Under the pieces are notes generated by a model, which worked only from the letters and a program-made list of their open reading frames with translations, was not told the origin of the DNA and ran no database searches. The position numbers and the translations under genes were made by a program. DNA of 64,000 nt from Lingula anatina (Eukaryota > Animalia > Brachiopoda). Position 1 is the stretch's first letter; the number at the start of each line of letters is the position of its first letter. Positions 34,401-44,200 of this stretch are shown here, one piece after another. Location of the stretch: the NCBI GenBank assembly GCA_051362555.1, contig CM120643.1:21828848-21892847 (forward strand), written 5' to 3'.

Positions 34401-37400
34401 TGTGTAATATATATGCCCCAAATCAAATAAATGAACAAGTTGAATTTTACAGATTTCTCTATAAAGAACTAGCTAAATATGAATCTGATTATGTAATTAT
34501 AGGGGGTGACTTCAACTGCACATTGTCCAAGCTAGATAAACATGGTGGATTGTCCACACACATTAAAGATAAAGTTATACATGAAATACAAACTATTATG
34601 AAAAAATATCATTTAAATGACACATGGAGAAAGTTCCATGGTGCAGAAAGAAGATACACATGGAAAAACTCCGAATCAAAAATTTCCTGCAGACTAGACT
34701 ACTGGATAACATCTAACGAACTTATAGAAAATTGTTTTATAGAAAAGGCGGAGATACTGTACGCACCTTACACTGATCATGATGCAATATCTTTGTTTTT
34801 AAAGACAAAAGATGTGACAGTTAGAGGGCGAGGGTTTTGGAAACACAATAATACTTTACTAGGAGACGAAAGATATATTAACGAAATGAAAATTGTAATT
34901 AATGAAGCAAAAAACAGATACAATTACTTAGAGGACCGTGGTTTAGCATTTGATATGATAACCATGGAAATACGGCAGTTTTCAATAAAATTTTCAAAGC
35001 AAAAATCTAAACAACATAGAGAAAATGAAAGAGACATTTGGAAAAAAATCAACGCGCTACAAGCCGAGATAGACAATCAATTTAATAAAGAAAAAGCTAA
35101 AGAATTAGAAAAACTTAAGACTGAATATGATTTAATCTTAGAAGCTAAAACTGAAGGTGCAATAATGCGCAGTAAAGTGAGATGGTACGAAAAGGGCGAA
35201 CGCAATACAAATTACTTTATCAACTTGGAAAAACGGAATCGGGTCAGAAATACAATTACAAAACTAGAAATTAATGATACACTAACAGTAACTAACGATA
35301 AAGATATTCTACAAGAACAGGAAAAGTTTTATGAAAATTTGTATACCTCACAGAACACTACCTTTAACGAGAGAATCTCAAACAAATTTTTCAATGTACA
35401 AAACATACCCCAAATTCCAAACGACCTAAAAATCGCATGTGAAGGAAAGCTAACCATCAACGAGTGCAAAAACGCACTCAAAGAACTTACAAAAAAGAAG
35501 AATAAAACCCCGGGTGTCGATGGGCTCTCCGCAGAATTTTACATGAAATTCTGGGAAGAATTAGGAGAGGAAATGGCAGACTGTTTAAATTTTGCTTTTG
35601 AAACTGGTCAGTTAAATATTAGCCAACGGCAGGGCATAATAACACTAATTCCCAAAAAAGACAAGGATAGACACCGTTTGGAAAACTGGCGACCTATTTC
35701 TTTGCTAAGCGTAAGCTACAAAATAGCCGCAAAAGCACTTGCAAAACGAATGGAAATGACTTTACCAACCATTATCAACAAAAACCAAACCGGGTACGTT
35801 AAAAAAAGATATATCGGTGAAAATATAAGACTCATCTGGGATCTTATGTACTCAACAAAAAGGCAAAATAAAGAAGGGATGGCAATTTTCTTAGATTTTA
35901 AAAAAGCGTTCGATTGCATTGAATGGGAATTTATAAAAAAATGCCTGAAAATATTCAACTTTGGCCCTGACTTCATTCAGTGGTTTGACATTATGTACGC
36001 CAATGCTTCCAGTTGTATTACAAACAACGGATATTCCTCGCGATTCTTTTCAATTACAAGAGGTGTAAGACAAGGATGCCCACTGTCCGGCCCTTTATTC
36101 GTGCTGGCCGTAGAAATACTAGCCTGCGCAATACGCGCAGATCCATCCATACGGGGAATTACTATTGATCGTCATGAACACAAATTATGCCAATATGCCG
36201 ACGATACAACGCTATTTCTAAATGATGTTGGGTCCGCTAAAAACGCATTGAAATTAATATCTGAATTCAAACAAATTTCTGGTTTAGAACTAAACTTGAG
36301 CAAGTCCGAAGCCCTGTGGCTTGGAAGCAATAGATTCAACGACGAAAAGCCCCTCGGGTTGCTATGGCCGGATAGACCAATAAAAGCTCTCGGAATTCAT
36401 TTCTCTTACGATTACGAAAGCTGCAGGTTTCTAGACTTCGATAGTAAAGTTGATCAAATTGAAAAGCTGCTTAACCTTTGGTCCAGCAGAGACCTCACAT
36501 GGATTGGAAAGATACAAATACTGAAAACATTGGGTCTGGCTAAACTGGTTTATGCTAATACAGTTCTTGAGACCCCAAATGATATTATTTTGAGGATAGA
36601 TGCTTCATTCAAAAAATTTCTATGGAATGATAAAAAACCAAAATTAAAGCAAAATACATTAATAGCCCCTAAGAGTAAAGGTGGTTTAAATTTGACGCAT
36701 GTGCCATCGCACGTGCGGTCTCTGAAGGCCTCAATGGTTAAGCGCATAATGTTAGCTGACAACGATGATCCGTGGGTTATAAACATACTGAAATATTTAA
36801 GAAGTGTGGGAGGAAAACTTATTTTCAGTTGTAATTATGAACTGAAGAATATTAACATTTCGGACATACCACCTTTTTACGTAGCCATGCTAGATGCATG
36901 GAGTGATGTAATACAAACAGACCCTAATAATGCCTCCGATATAAAGAAACAGATAATATGGAATAATAGATTCATACTTGTAAACAAAAAGTCAATATAT
37001 CTAAGGCATTGGTCAAAAGCCGGAGTAAATTATATGCAAGATATTATAAATATTAATGGTGAATTTATATCATTAGAAGAAATAATAAATCAACACAACT
37101 TCGACATTAAGCTGCCGAATTTTCTAGAATACGAAAAAGTAAAAAAATCAATTCCGATATCATGGTTACGTAAACTTCGGGAAAATGCAGAAACAGTTGA
37201 CAACACAGACTCAGATGAGATAGTATGGACTCTAGCCTCTACAAAAACCATTTACGATAAGCTAATAGAAAGAAATGTAATAAATTTACCCACAGCAAGT
37301 TTGCATCTTATCAAATCAGGCGTAAGTGAAAATGATTGGCAGAGAGTTTTCTTGATACCATTTGAGTCTGTCAAAGAAACTCAACTACAAATAATGCAAT

Positions 37401-40400
37401 ACAGAATAATTCACTATGTGCTGTACACAAATTCTACACTGTTCAAAATGAAAATAGTTACTAGCCCAGGATGTATTAACTGCCATATGAAAGAAACAAT
37501 AATACATCGTTTTGTAGAATGTGTACGTGCAAGAAATTTTTGGATTGCATTTGAAAACTGGTGGAACATTCCGAATAACACCATACACTTCAGAAAAAAT
37601 GAAAAAACTATAATGTACGGGTGTCTGTCAAGCGACCAGCGCGTAAAAGCTTTAAATTTCTGCATTATTGTGGCTAAACAATTCATAAACAAAAATTCAG
37701 AAAATCCATCAGTCTATGATTTTGAACTGTTTCTGCATTTTCTTAGTCAGAAGAAGAAAATAGAAAAATACATTGCTATAAAGACAGGAAAAGAAGACAG
37801 GTTCAATACAAAATGGAAACGCATTCCTACCATAACGTGTTAAAATTTTCACCTCTAGTACGCTATAGTTGCCGTTATGTAGTTCACAACAAGCATGTAT
37901 ACGTGTAGTATGTATGGACGGATGAGTGAGTGAAAGTAAGTCTATATATTTATGTTCTTATTTATTTATCAGTATTTAATTACCGTAATTATTATCAGTA
38001 TCATATGCATTTAATCTTTGATTTTCTGTCTAAATATTTCATTATATATGACATAGTTGCCGAGATGTAGCTCACAACAAGCATGCATACGCGTAGTATG
38101 TATGGATGGATGAGTGAGTGAGAGTAAATCTATATATTTATGATCTTTTTATTTACCTATTAGTATTTAATTACCGTAATTATCACCAGCATTGTATTAC
38201 ATGCATTCAATCTTTCAATCTTTGATTATCTTTGTATATTTTCTTTTTTCTTTTTTTTTGAGTGAATAAATGCAATAAAAAAAAAAAAAAAAAAAAAAAA
38301 AAATGTGTAACAAGCATAAAGCTTCAGCCCCATAGGAGTTCAAGTTCACACTCTGAAAATGTATAACTTCCAGAAAAGGAAGTCAATTAGACTGCTTTTC
38401 TCAGGCTGCATTTTAGTCCTGTATTTCTTTTTTGAAAGTTTGGCAATCATAAGTAACATGGTTTTCCCATAATGGTTTTCATGGCAGCAGCACCCAAAAT
38501 TGTGAGTTCTTCTATTCTGATGCAATATTACATAATGGTTAACAGCATAGTGACAATCAATTTTTAATAATAAAATAAAGGTATCATGGATTTTCAGAAA
38601 ATGTGACTAGCATGGGTCTTCAAGCCTGTGGAACTTCAAAGTCACACCTTGAAAATGCCAATATGTGAAAAATTAAACTTTCACAAAAAAACTGTTTAAC
38701 CGGCAGAAAGAATTACCAAACAGATTGCATTGCCTACTAAAGCTGTATTTAAGTCCCATGTTTCTTTCTGTAAGTTTGAGAACAGTAAATGACAAGGTTT
38801 TCCTTAAATGGTCATCATGGGAGCAGTGCCCAAAATAGGTTTATTTTCAAATTTTGATGCAATATTACATAATGTTTAACAGCATAATGATCATCAATTT
38901 TTAATAATATCATGTATATTCAGAAAATGTGACTAGCAAAGGTCTTCATGCCCATGGAACTTCAAAGTGACACCTTGAATATGCCAAAATGTAAACTAGA
39001 CAGCACTGTGCTGAAATGGGTTTATTTCCATTTTTAACACTTTTTTAATATAAGATGAAATAAACAGTTTACTGCCATTTTTATATGATCAACTAAGAAA
39101 ATTGATGAGATGGGACAAATATCAATAGAACTGTGTCAAATGTCCAATTTCCTCCATTCTGACATTCTGAACATAGTAAATGATTGAATCTGACTGATAT
39201 GAGTTTATTTCCATTTTTGACACTTTATTACACAATACACGATAACAAGTTTACCATCATTTCTACATAATCAACTAACAATGTTGTAAAGATGCAGGAA
39301 ATGTCAAACAAACACTTTTATGTGTCTTATTAATTAAATAATAAGACTGTTAACATGCCTAAGAATTGAATTTGAGGAAATGTGAAAAAACAGCATGACT
39401 TCTAAAACAATGGCCCCATTATACTAATTTTCAAACTCAACCTGCATTTTAGTAAGATTGACCACTCCTGTGAGTTTAATGACAATTGGTCTATCTGTTT
39501 TTCTTATATTGTGTTTACAGTGTTGCATATATGCTAAAAAGTGAAAAAACAGCATAACTACCAAAATAGTGGCCCGATCATGCCGATTTTTGAACTTGAC
39601 CTGCGTTTTAGTAAGATTGATTACTCCTGTGAGTTTCATGACAACAGGCCTATCGTTTTTCCTTAAAATGTGTTAACAGGGTTGCATATATGCTGAAAAG
39701 TGAAAAAACAGCATAACTTCTACAATAATGGCCCGATCATGCTGATTTTCGAACTTGACCTGCGTTTTATGAATATTCATCAGCTCTGTAAATATAAAGC
39801 CCAAAAGTAAAACTGCCCTCCACTTATCGTGTTAACAAGGAATGTGCACGGTGCCGGCATCGGCATCGGCGACGACAGCGACGACAGACGCAGGTGATGG
39901 CAATATGTACAGACACATCTGTGTCTGTACATAAAAATGCCATTCATGACAAATTAACAAATTCCTGTGTATCTAAATGACCTACCAATTCTAGTAAAAG
40001 GCCAGTTAAGACTTGATCATTTTTTCTTCCTTCTGCTTATTAAAAATTAATTATTCACCTCCTCAGATTACATCTTACCATAATGCTTTTTCTTTCTTGA
40101 TAACACTTTAATAAATGCTTTTGGTATTTCCCCAAAGTATTAGTTTGTGCTCTCTGAGACAGTTTATGAATCTTCTTTGTAATTTTCACTTTGGGTGCAA
40201 TACGGTAGTGGCTATTTTCAGGCAGGAATATTGTCCTGCAGTATTTACACTGGGTAGGAGAAGGCGATGCACTGATATATTGTGAATAATCCTGAAGCTG
40301 CATGCTATGCCACCTGTAACGATAATGTGCCTGTATATCTTGCCGGAACAAAACTAAAAATTAAAGTTCACTATAAATGATAAAATGAATAAATAGATAA

Positions 40401-40926
40401 ATGAAAAGCCGATTTATTTATCTGGAAGCCAAAAATTCAGGCCAGAAACTGAAAAACGATGTAAACATTATCAAAGACACTATATACATAGGGATTCAGA
40501 TTAATGTAACCCTTATCCTCTCACAATGGAAGTGGAAATAAGAGGAAACAGAATAATTTTAAACTGATGTCTAAATGCAATGTCATTTTCATAATTTACA
40601 TGGCTATGCTCAATGTTCATCATACCACCAATGGTAATATTTTTCTGTCTTTTTAGGGGGATCCTCTCACTATGGAAGTGGAAATAAGAGGAAACAGATT
40701 AATTTTAAACTATTGTCTAAATGCGATGTCATTTTCATAATTTACCTGGCCATGCTCAATGTTCATCAAAGTACCACGATTGGTAATATTTTTTCTGTCT
40801 TTTTAGGGGGCACGCTTACGAATAAAACCTGGATAACGGTGGGTTTATCTGTGCATAATGAGTTGCCAGTATATCAGCCTTCAATAAATGTTGTTTTACG
40901 TGCTCTCTGTCGCCTAGGTTTGCCAT
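31469..40926 (-). CDS. C18orf21: C18orf21/UPF0711 (RMP24, RPP21/Rpr2-like RNase MRP subunit) homolog, 358 aa; exons 40926-40820, 40313-40079, 32439-32240, 32003-31469
   Basis: Spliced ORF MANLGDREHVKQHLLKAD...CKYCRTIFLPENSHYRIAPKVKITKKI...VISCLVCGRK has two CxxC pairs. The C-terminus HSQLNRMLANEE...LSDFLSSI resembles human FSQLKMLL...FRNFLSSL. All introns are GT-AG with matching phases. Confidence 0.85.
32930..33760 (+). CDS. LINE ORF1p (coiled coil plus L1-type RRM/CTD), 276 aa
   Basis: Heptad-rich N-half, then EQYSRKNNIKIYGIKE, AVHRIPG, PRPIILRV, ADDVT and AWYFNG motifs typical of L1-type ORF1. Confidence 0.93.
   Translation: MSSKHTKNTKKGEPTPKRTHSEVSNTSAEENNSIILAELEEIKSYMKDMINKDELKELVTTLVTEMLKEMKKEMGSQINNMREKLDFLEFENKNLTENIARKDKDLLKLKEEIKDLTKLSLEADKRSNYNEQYSRKNNIKIYGIKEETKENTKSVVRDTLKEVAQITLRDDDILAVHRIPGAKTQQPRPIILRVNNTETKAKIMRCRRAMKTSRQNLRLADDVTKKNAQLIQRLVSHPEIDQAWYFNGSVYGRPKDSTKRVKFDLHDDINLKIRNA
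34079..37843 (+). CDS. LINE ORF2p: AP endonuclease, reverse transcriptase and CCHC zinc knuckle, 1254 aa
   Basis: LNVRGL, LQET, GGDFN, RLDY and TDH (APE); KTPGVDG, WRPISLL, LDFKKAFD, GVRQGCPLS and QYADD (RT); CINC-x7-H-x4-C near the C-terminus. Confidence 0.97.
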   Translation: MSFDFSILSLNVRGLNNFKKRKGVFRWLHKRPENVFLLQETYSSQKVEKLWRAQWGGKVWYNHGTGHSKGVMILFKNNIEYDIIDTVTDPDGRLLGVKIKIGTSTFLMCNIYAPNQINEQVEFYRFLYKELAKYESDYVIIGGDFNCTLSKLDKHGGLSTHIKDKVIHEIQTIMKKYHLNDTWRKFHGAERRYTWKNSESKISCRLDYWITSNELIENCFIEKAEILYAPYTDHDAISLFLKTKDVTVRGRGFWKHNNTLLGDERYINEMKIVINEAKNRYNYLEDRGLAFDMITMEIRQFSIKFSKQKSKQHRENERDIWKKINALQAEIDNQFNKEKAKELEKLKTEYDLILEAKTEGAIMRSKVRWYEKGERNTNYFINLEKRNRVRNTITKLEINDTLTVTNDKDILQEQEKFYENLYTSQNTTFNERISNKFFNVQNIPQIPNDLKIACEGKLTINECKNALKELTKKKNKTPGVDGLSAEFYMKFWEELGEEMADCLNFAFETGQLNISQRQGIITLIPKKDKDRHRLENWRPISLLSVSYKIAAKALAKRMEMTLPTIINKNQTGYVKKRYIGENIRLIWDLMYSTKRQNKEGMAIFLDFKKAFDCIEWEFIKKCLKIFNFGPDFIQWFDIMYANASSCITNNGYSSRFFSITRGVRQGCPLSGPLFVLAVEILACAIRADPSIRGITIDRHEHKLCQYADDTTLFLNDVGSAKNALKLISEFKQISGLELNLSKSEALWLGSNRFNDEKPLGLLWPDRPIKALGIHFSYDYESCRFLDFDSKVDQIEKLLNLWSSRDLTWIGKIQILKTLGLAKLVYANTVLETPNDIILRIDASFKKFLWNDKKPKLKQNTLIAPKSKGGLNLTHVPSHVRSLKASMVKRIMLADNDDPWVINILKYLRSVGGKLIFSCNYELKNINISDIPPFYVAMLDAWSDVIQTDPNNASDIKKQIIWNNRFILVNKKSIYLRHWSKAGVNYMQDIININGEFISLEEIINQHNFDIKLPNFLEYEKVKKSIPISWLRKLRENAETVDNTDSDEIVWTLASTKTIYDKLIERNVINLPTASLHLIKSGVSENDWQRVFLIPFESVKETQLQIMQYRIIHYVLYTNSTLFKMKIVTSPGCINCHMKETIIHRFVECVRARNFWIAFENWWNIPNNTIHFRKNEKTIMYGCLSSDQRVKALNFCIIVAKQFINKNSENPSVYDFELFLHFLSQKKKIEKYIAIKTGKEDRFNTKWKRIPTITC
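37865..38235 (+). repeat. Two diverged ~188-bp direct repeats forming the LINE 3' UTR
   Basis: ATAGTTGCCG..ATGTAG.TCACAACAAGCATG.ATACG.GTAGTATGTATGGA.GGATGAGTGAGTGA starts at 37865 and 38053. Confidence 0.9.
38300..39000. repeat. Diverged ~300-330-bp tandem repeat; the first unit is the LINE target site
   Basis: AAAATGTG...GGA(G/AC)TTCAA...CAC...TGAA.ATG motif recurs at 38300, ~38598 and ~38924. Confidence 0.7.
39340..39937 (-). mobile_element. Helentron/HINE-like non-autonomous element with ~165-bp internal tandem repeats
   Basis: Terminal hairpin TGTACAGACACA-TC-TGTGTCTGTACA at 39906-39931 next to an A-run; (GGCATC/GACGAC) micro-repeat; three units containing GTGAAAAAACAGCATAACT...GAACTTGACCTGCG. 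Confidence 0.7.
40515..40810. repeat. Two ~146-bp tandem copies in C18orf21 intron 1
   Basis: ATCCTCTCAC.ATGGAAGTGGAAATAAGAGGAAACAGA...TTTTTAGGGGG at ~40515 and 40661. Confidence 0.9.
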
Positions 40927-41285
40927 ATTCTGTAGTGTTCAATCAGCTACGATTTGCGTAGACCTGCACACGGGCATGTGTACCGGAAGTTTTGAACTTG
41001 GACTGATATAAAACACAGAATGGAGTAAACAAAATCAGATATTCTAAGTTGATTTTATTATTGAATGCATGAAAAATGCTTATTTCATCATAAAATTCCA
41101 CTAAAAACATTTTTAAAAATAAAATAATTATAAATTCAATCATGCTTGCGAAAGAATAAGAATATTCGTTCCGGTGATCGGCTGAGTTCGAATCGAGATT
41201 GTACATTTCATTCTAACTTACACAACAACGTACAGAAAACAAGGTAAAAACACAGGTGGTTACGGATGCAAACAGGCCTTCAGAA
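40927..41285. promoter_or_regulatory. Putative bidirectional promoter between C18orf21 and FA2H
   Basis: Divergent ATGs separated by 359 bp; ETS/GABP motif ACCGGAAGT at 40982-40990. Confidence 0.6.
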
Positions 41286-44200
41286 ATGCCGACATTCTCT
41301 CTCGAGGAAGTAAAGAAACACAACCACGTTAAAGATCTTTGGGTGATCAACCAGAATAAAGTTTACGATGTCACAACATTCGTCGAGAAACACCCAGGAG
41401 GCAAGGAGGTGTTGGCGGAATTCGCCGGGTCGAACGTGACAGAGATCATGAGAGAACCATCGTCCCATAACTTTGGACACAAACACACCAAATATGCATA
41501 CAGTCTACTACAAAGCCACTACATTGGAGATCTAGAGAAGGTAGGTGCATTTTCACTAGTTTGTATCATATTTAAATGAGTAGTCAAATAAAGAAGGCGC
41601 TGATGTACAGGTGTACTGGGTACAGTATAGTGTATGCCCCACCCACTTATATTAAATCACAAGTTATGATCATTTGAGTCAAGATATCGGTCCTCAACTC
41701 GATAAAATAGCTGTATTAGGAGTGAAAATCATAAAGTGTATGTAGCACTTGTTTCAATGAAAAGATGTGAAATGAATATATGATTGCTTACCTTCATTTC
41801 GACAAGTTCTAATCTGCTGGGGTTCCTCTGTACTGTATTACCACAGAAGTGAAATCAGGGATTTGTTGGTACGTGATAGGGTATTTATTAAATCTGCATT
41901 TTTGAATACTTACACTTCTAAATTTTCATTTTGGTGTCAAAATTGCTGCTACACATTATAGCTAGTGCCCAGAACAAACATAAAATGTACAGTGTATTAT
42001 GTATCTATATAAAGTTGAAGCTTTTGCATACTAGTGCATGTACTATATATTATGTATATATAGGGGCAGTCAATCACTGTCAGTGGAAACAGAACCATTG
42101 CCCATGAAATATTTATTTAATTTCAATATGAAGCTACTCAAGGAAGGGATGAATAAATAAATGATTTAATAGATAGATGCCGGCAAATGAACAGATGAAT
42201 TCTAGTGCATAGATAAATTAAATAAATATTTATTAATTATTCTTATTTGGAAACAGATTGAAAAGACTAAAACTTGGATCATTAGTTATCAGTTGGGGAA
42301 AAGGTTAATGGGATGTGACAGTATAAATAAATGAAATTGATTTAGTAGGAGAATATGTGCTGTCTATGAAATTTTTACTATGGAAAGTTTTTTCACAAGA
42401 TTTAAACTGGTGATGATGGGAGGAGTGGGGAACACATTATTGGGCTGTCACTGCAAAACAAGATATTAGTAATAATTTAATGTACACAAGTCTCTGGGTT
42501 AAAGAATGAATAAATTTATTTTTTTTTTATTTAAATGATGTGGAGAGCCCTAAATGTGCTGACCAAAAAAAAAAAAAAAAAAAAAAATTGGAGAGATCAC
42601 TTACTAAGTAACAGACATACCAGTGCTGAGGCTGCTGAACAGGGTGTGCTCTCTTTTAATGGTTGCCCATGCTTCAATAGTTACTGCACCCTGCAATCAT
42701 TATAGCTTCATCATTACCGTCTGACATAGACTGTGACAAGCCTTACACCATTGTGTGCTGTTGGCCTCTTTGCCACTCTGCTGCACCTTTTTTCTTTTGT
42801 ACAGTAATTTTTTCAAAGAGAGTGCTCTCTGAAGAAAAAACGGTCAGGTGCTGTTTTTTAAAAGTTGTACTGTGAGAAATAAGAACTTGTTTTTTGGGCT
42901 TTTTGCCAGTGATTATGTTACTAGTATCCCACCTAGCCAGTAAACTCTGAAACCTCCGGTCCTTAAATGTGAGTAATTGTTATTGTGAGTTTGTTTTTTT
43001 GTGTGCTGAAACAAACTTAAATACCCAAATATCAGTCCTTATTATTTACCCTCCCAGTTTGGTTGTAATGTTACACTTAGTTCAATATTAATCAGAAAAT
43101 GAATGTGGCTACATTGTACATTAATTGCAGCAAGAAATCATATCTTGAGCTTTTTTTTATCCATTTTACATTATTAGTAGATTATAATGGATTTACACTG
43201 CTTCATTGTACAAGAAAGCACAACTTCTACCAGCACTTTTTAAAACTGGTTTTGTGCAATATGAAATGATATCTAAGAATAAAGTGAAATATAACACAGT
43301 TGTTGGAAAGGAAAGCAGGTAATAAACCAGGTTTTACGACTAGTTAGTTGAGGACTGACTATTTTATGAAACAGATCTATCTTTTGACCGGTGAAGCATT
43401 ACTGAAAGTCACAAATCGTACGTGCTTGAACCATACAGAATATAGCACCCCAGGTGACAGAGAGGATGTAAAGCAAGATTTAATGAAAGCTGATACAGTA
43501 CACTGGCAACCCATTGTGTACAGATAAATCCACTGTTATACAGATTTTATTTGTAAGCATGTCCTCTGAATGGATAGAGAAAATATTACTAATCGTGGAA
43601 TGAAGTGGAGTGTTATCATTTGGATTTTTTTTCTTTTCACTTTTAAAACAAATTTTGATTAATTGCAGACCATGGAGTACAATACTGTCTCACGTGAGGG
43701 ATGGGAGAATAGATAAGAAACTATGTTTGCTAAGATCAGATGATAATCAATCCCTTCCTATAACACGATGCCTGGTTATGATGTACATATTAAAGGTGCC
43801 TAGTAAATAGTCTGTAGAGATGCCTAGCCCTGGGTGTGTAATAGCCATCCAGGGCATTTGATGGGTGGATAGTATACAAAATTAAGGCAGTAGATGTTTT
43901 TATATAGTACTCAGTCAAAAAATACAGTCAGTATGATTATCTAGTAGGTTTTTGATTAGATTACTAGTAGATCGTAATTCTAGATATTGCCTTTGTCAGG
44001 CCAAATCAAATATGGTTGTAATTGATTACATGACATTATCAGGGCCATTGATATTTGTGACTTGCCTTCAACAGGGTTAAAAAAAGATGTCAGGCCTGCC
44101 TGTGGGAGAAGTTTTATTTTATAACTGCAGACAAGTACGCTACCCTTTACTCTAAATTGGAACTTGTCAGCAAGTGCCAATACTCAAGAAAATACCTGTT

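Larger units (their letters stand above)
32654..38299 (+). mobile_element. Full-length L1/Tx1-clade non-LTR retrotransposon, antisense within C18orf21 intron 2
   Basis: 16-bp TSD AAAATGTGTAACAAGC at 32638-32653 and 38300-38315; 5' end GGAGGGAGATAAGATGGCG; two intact ORFs; AATAAA at 38265 and 38274; pure poly(A) tail. Confidence 0.96.
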
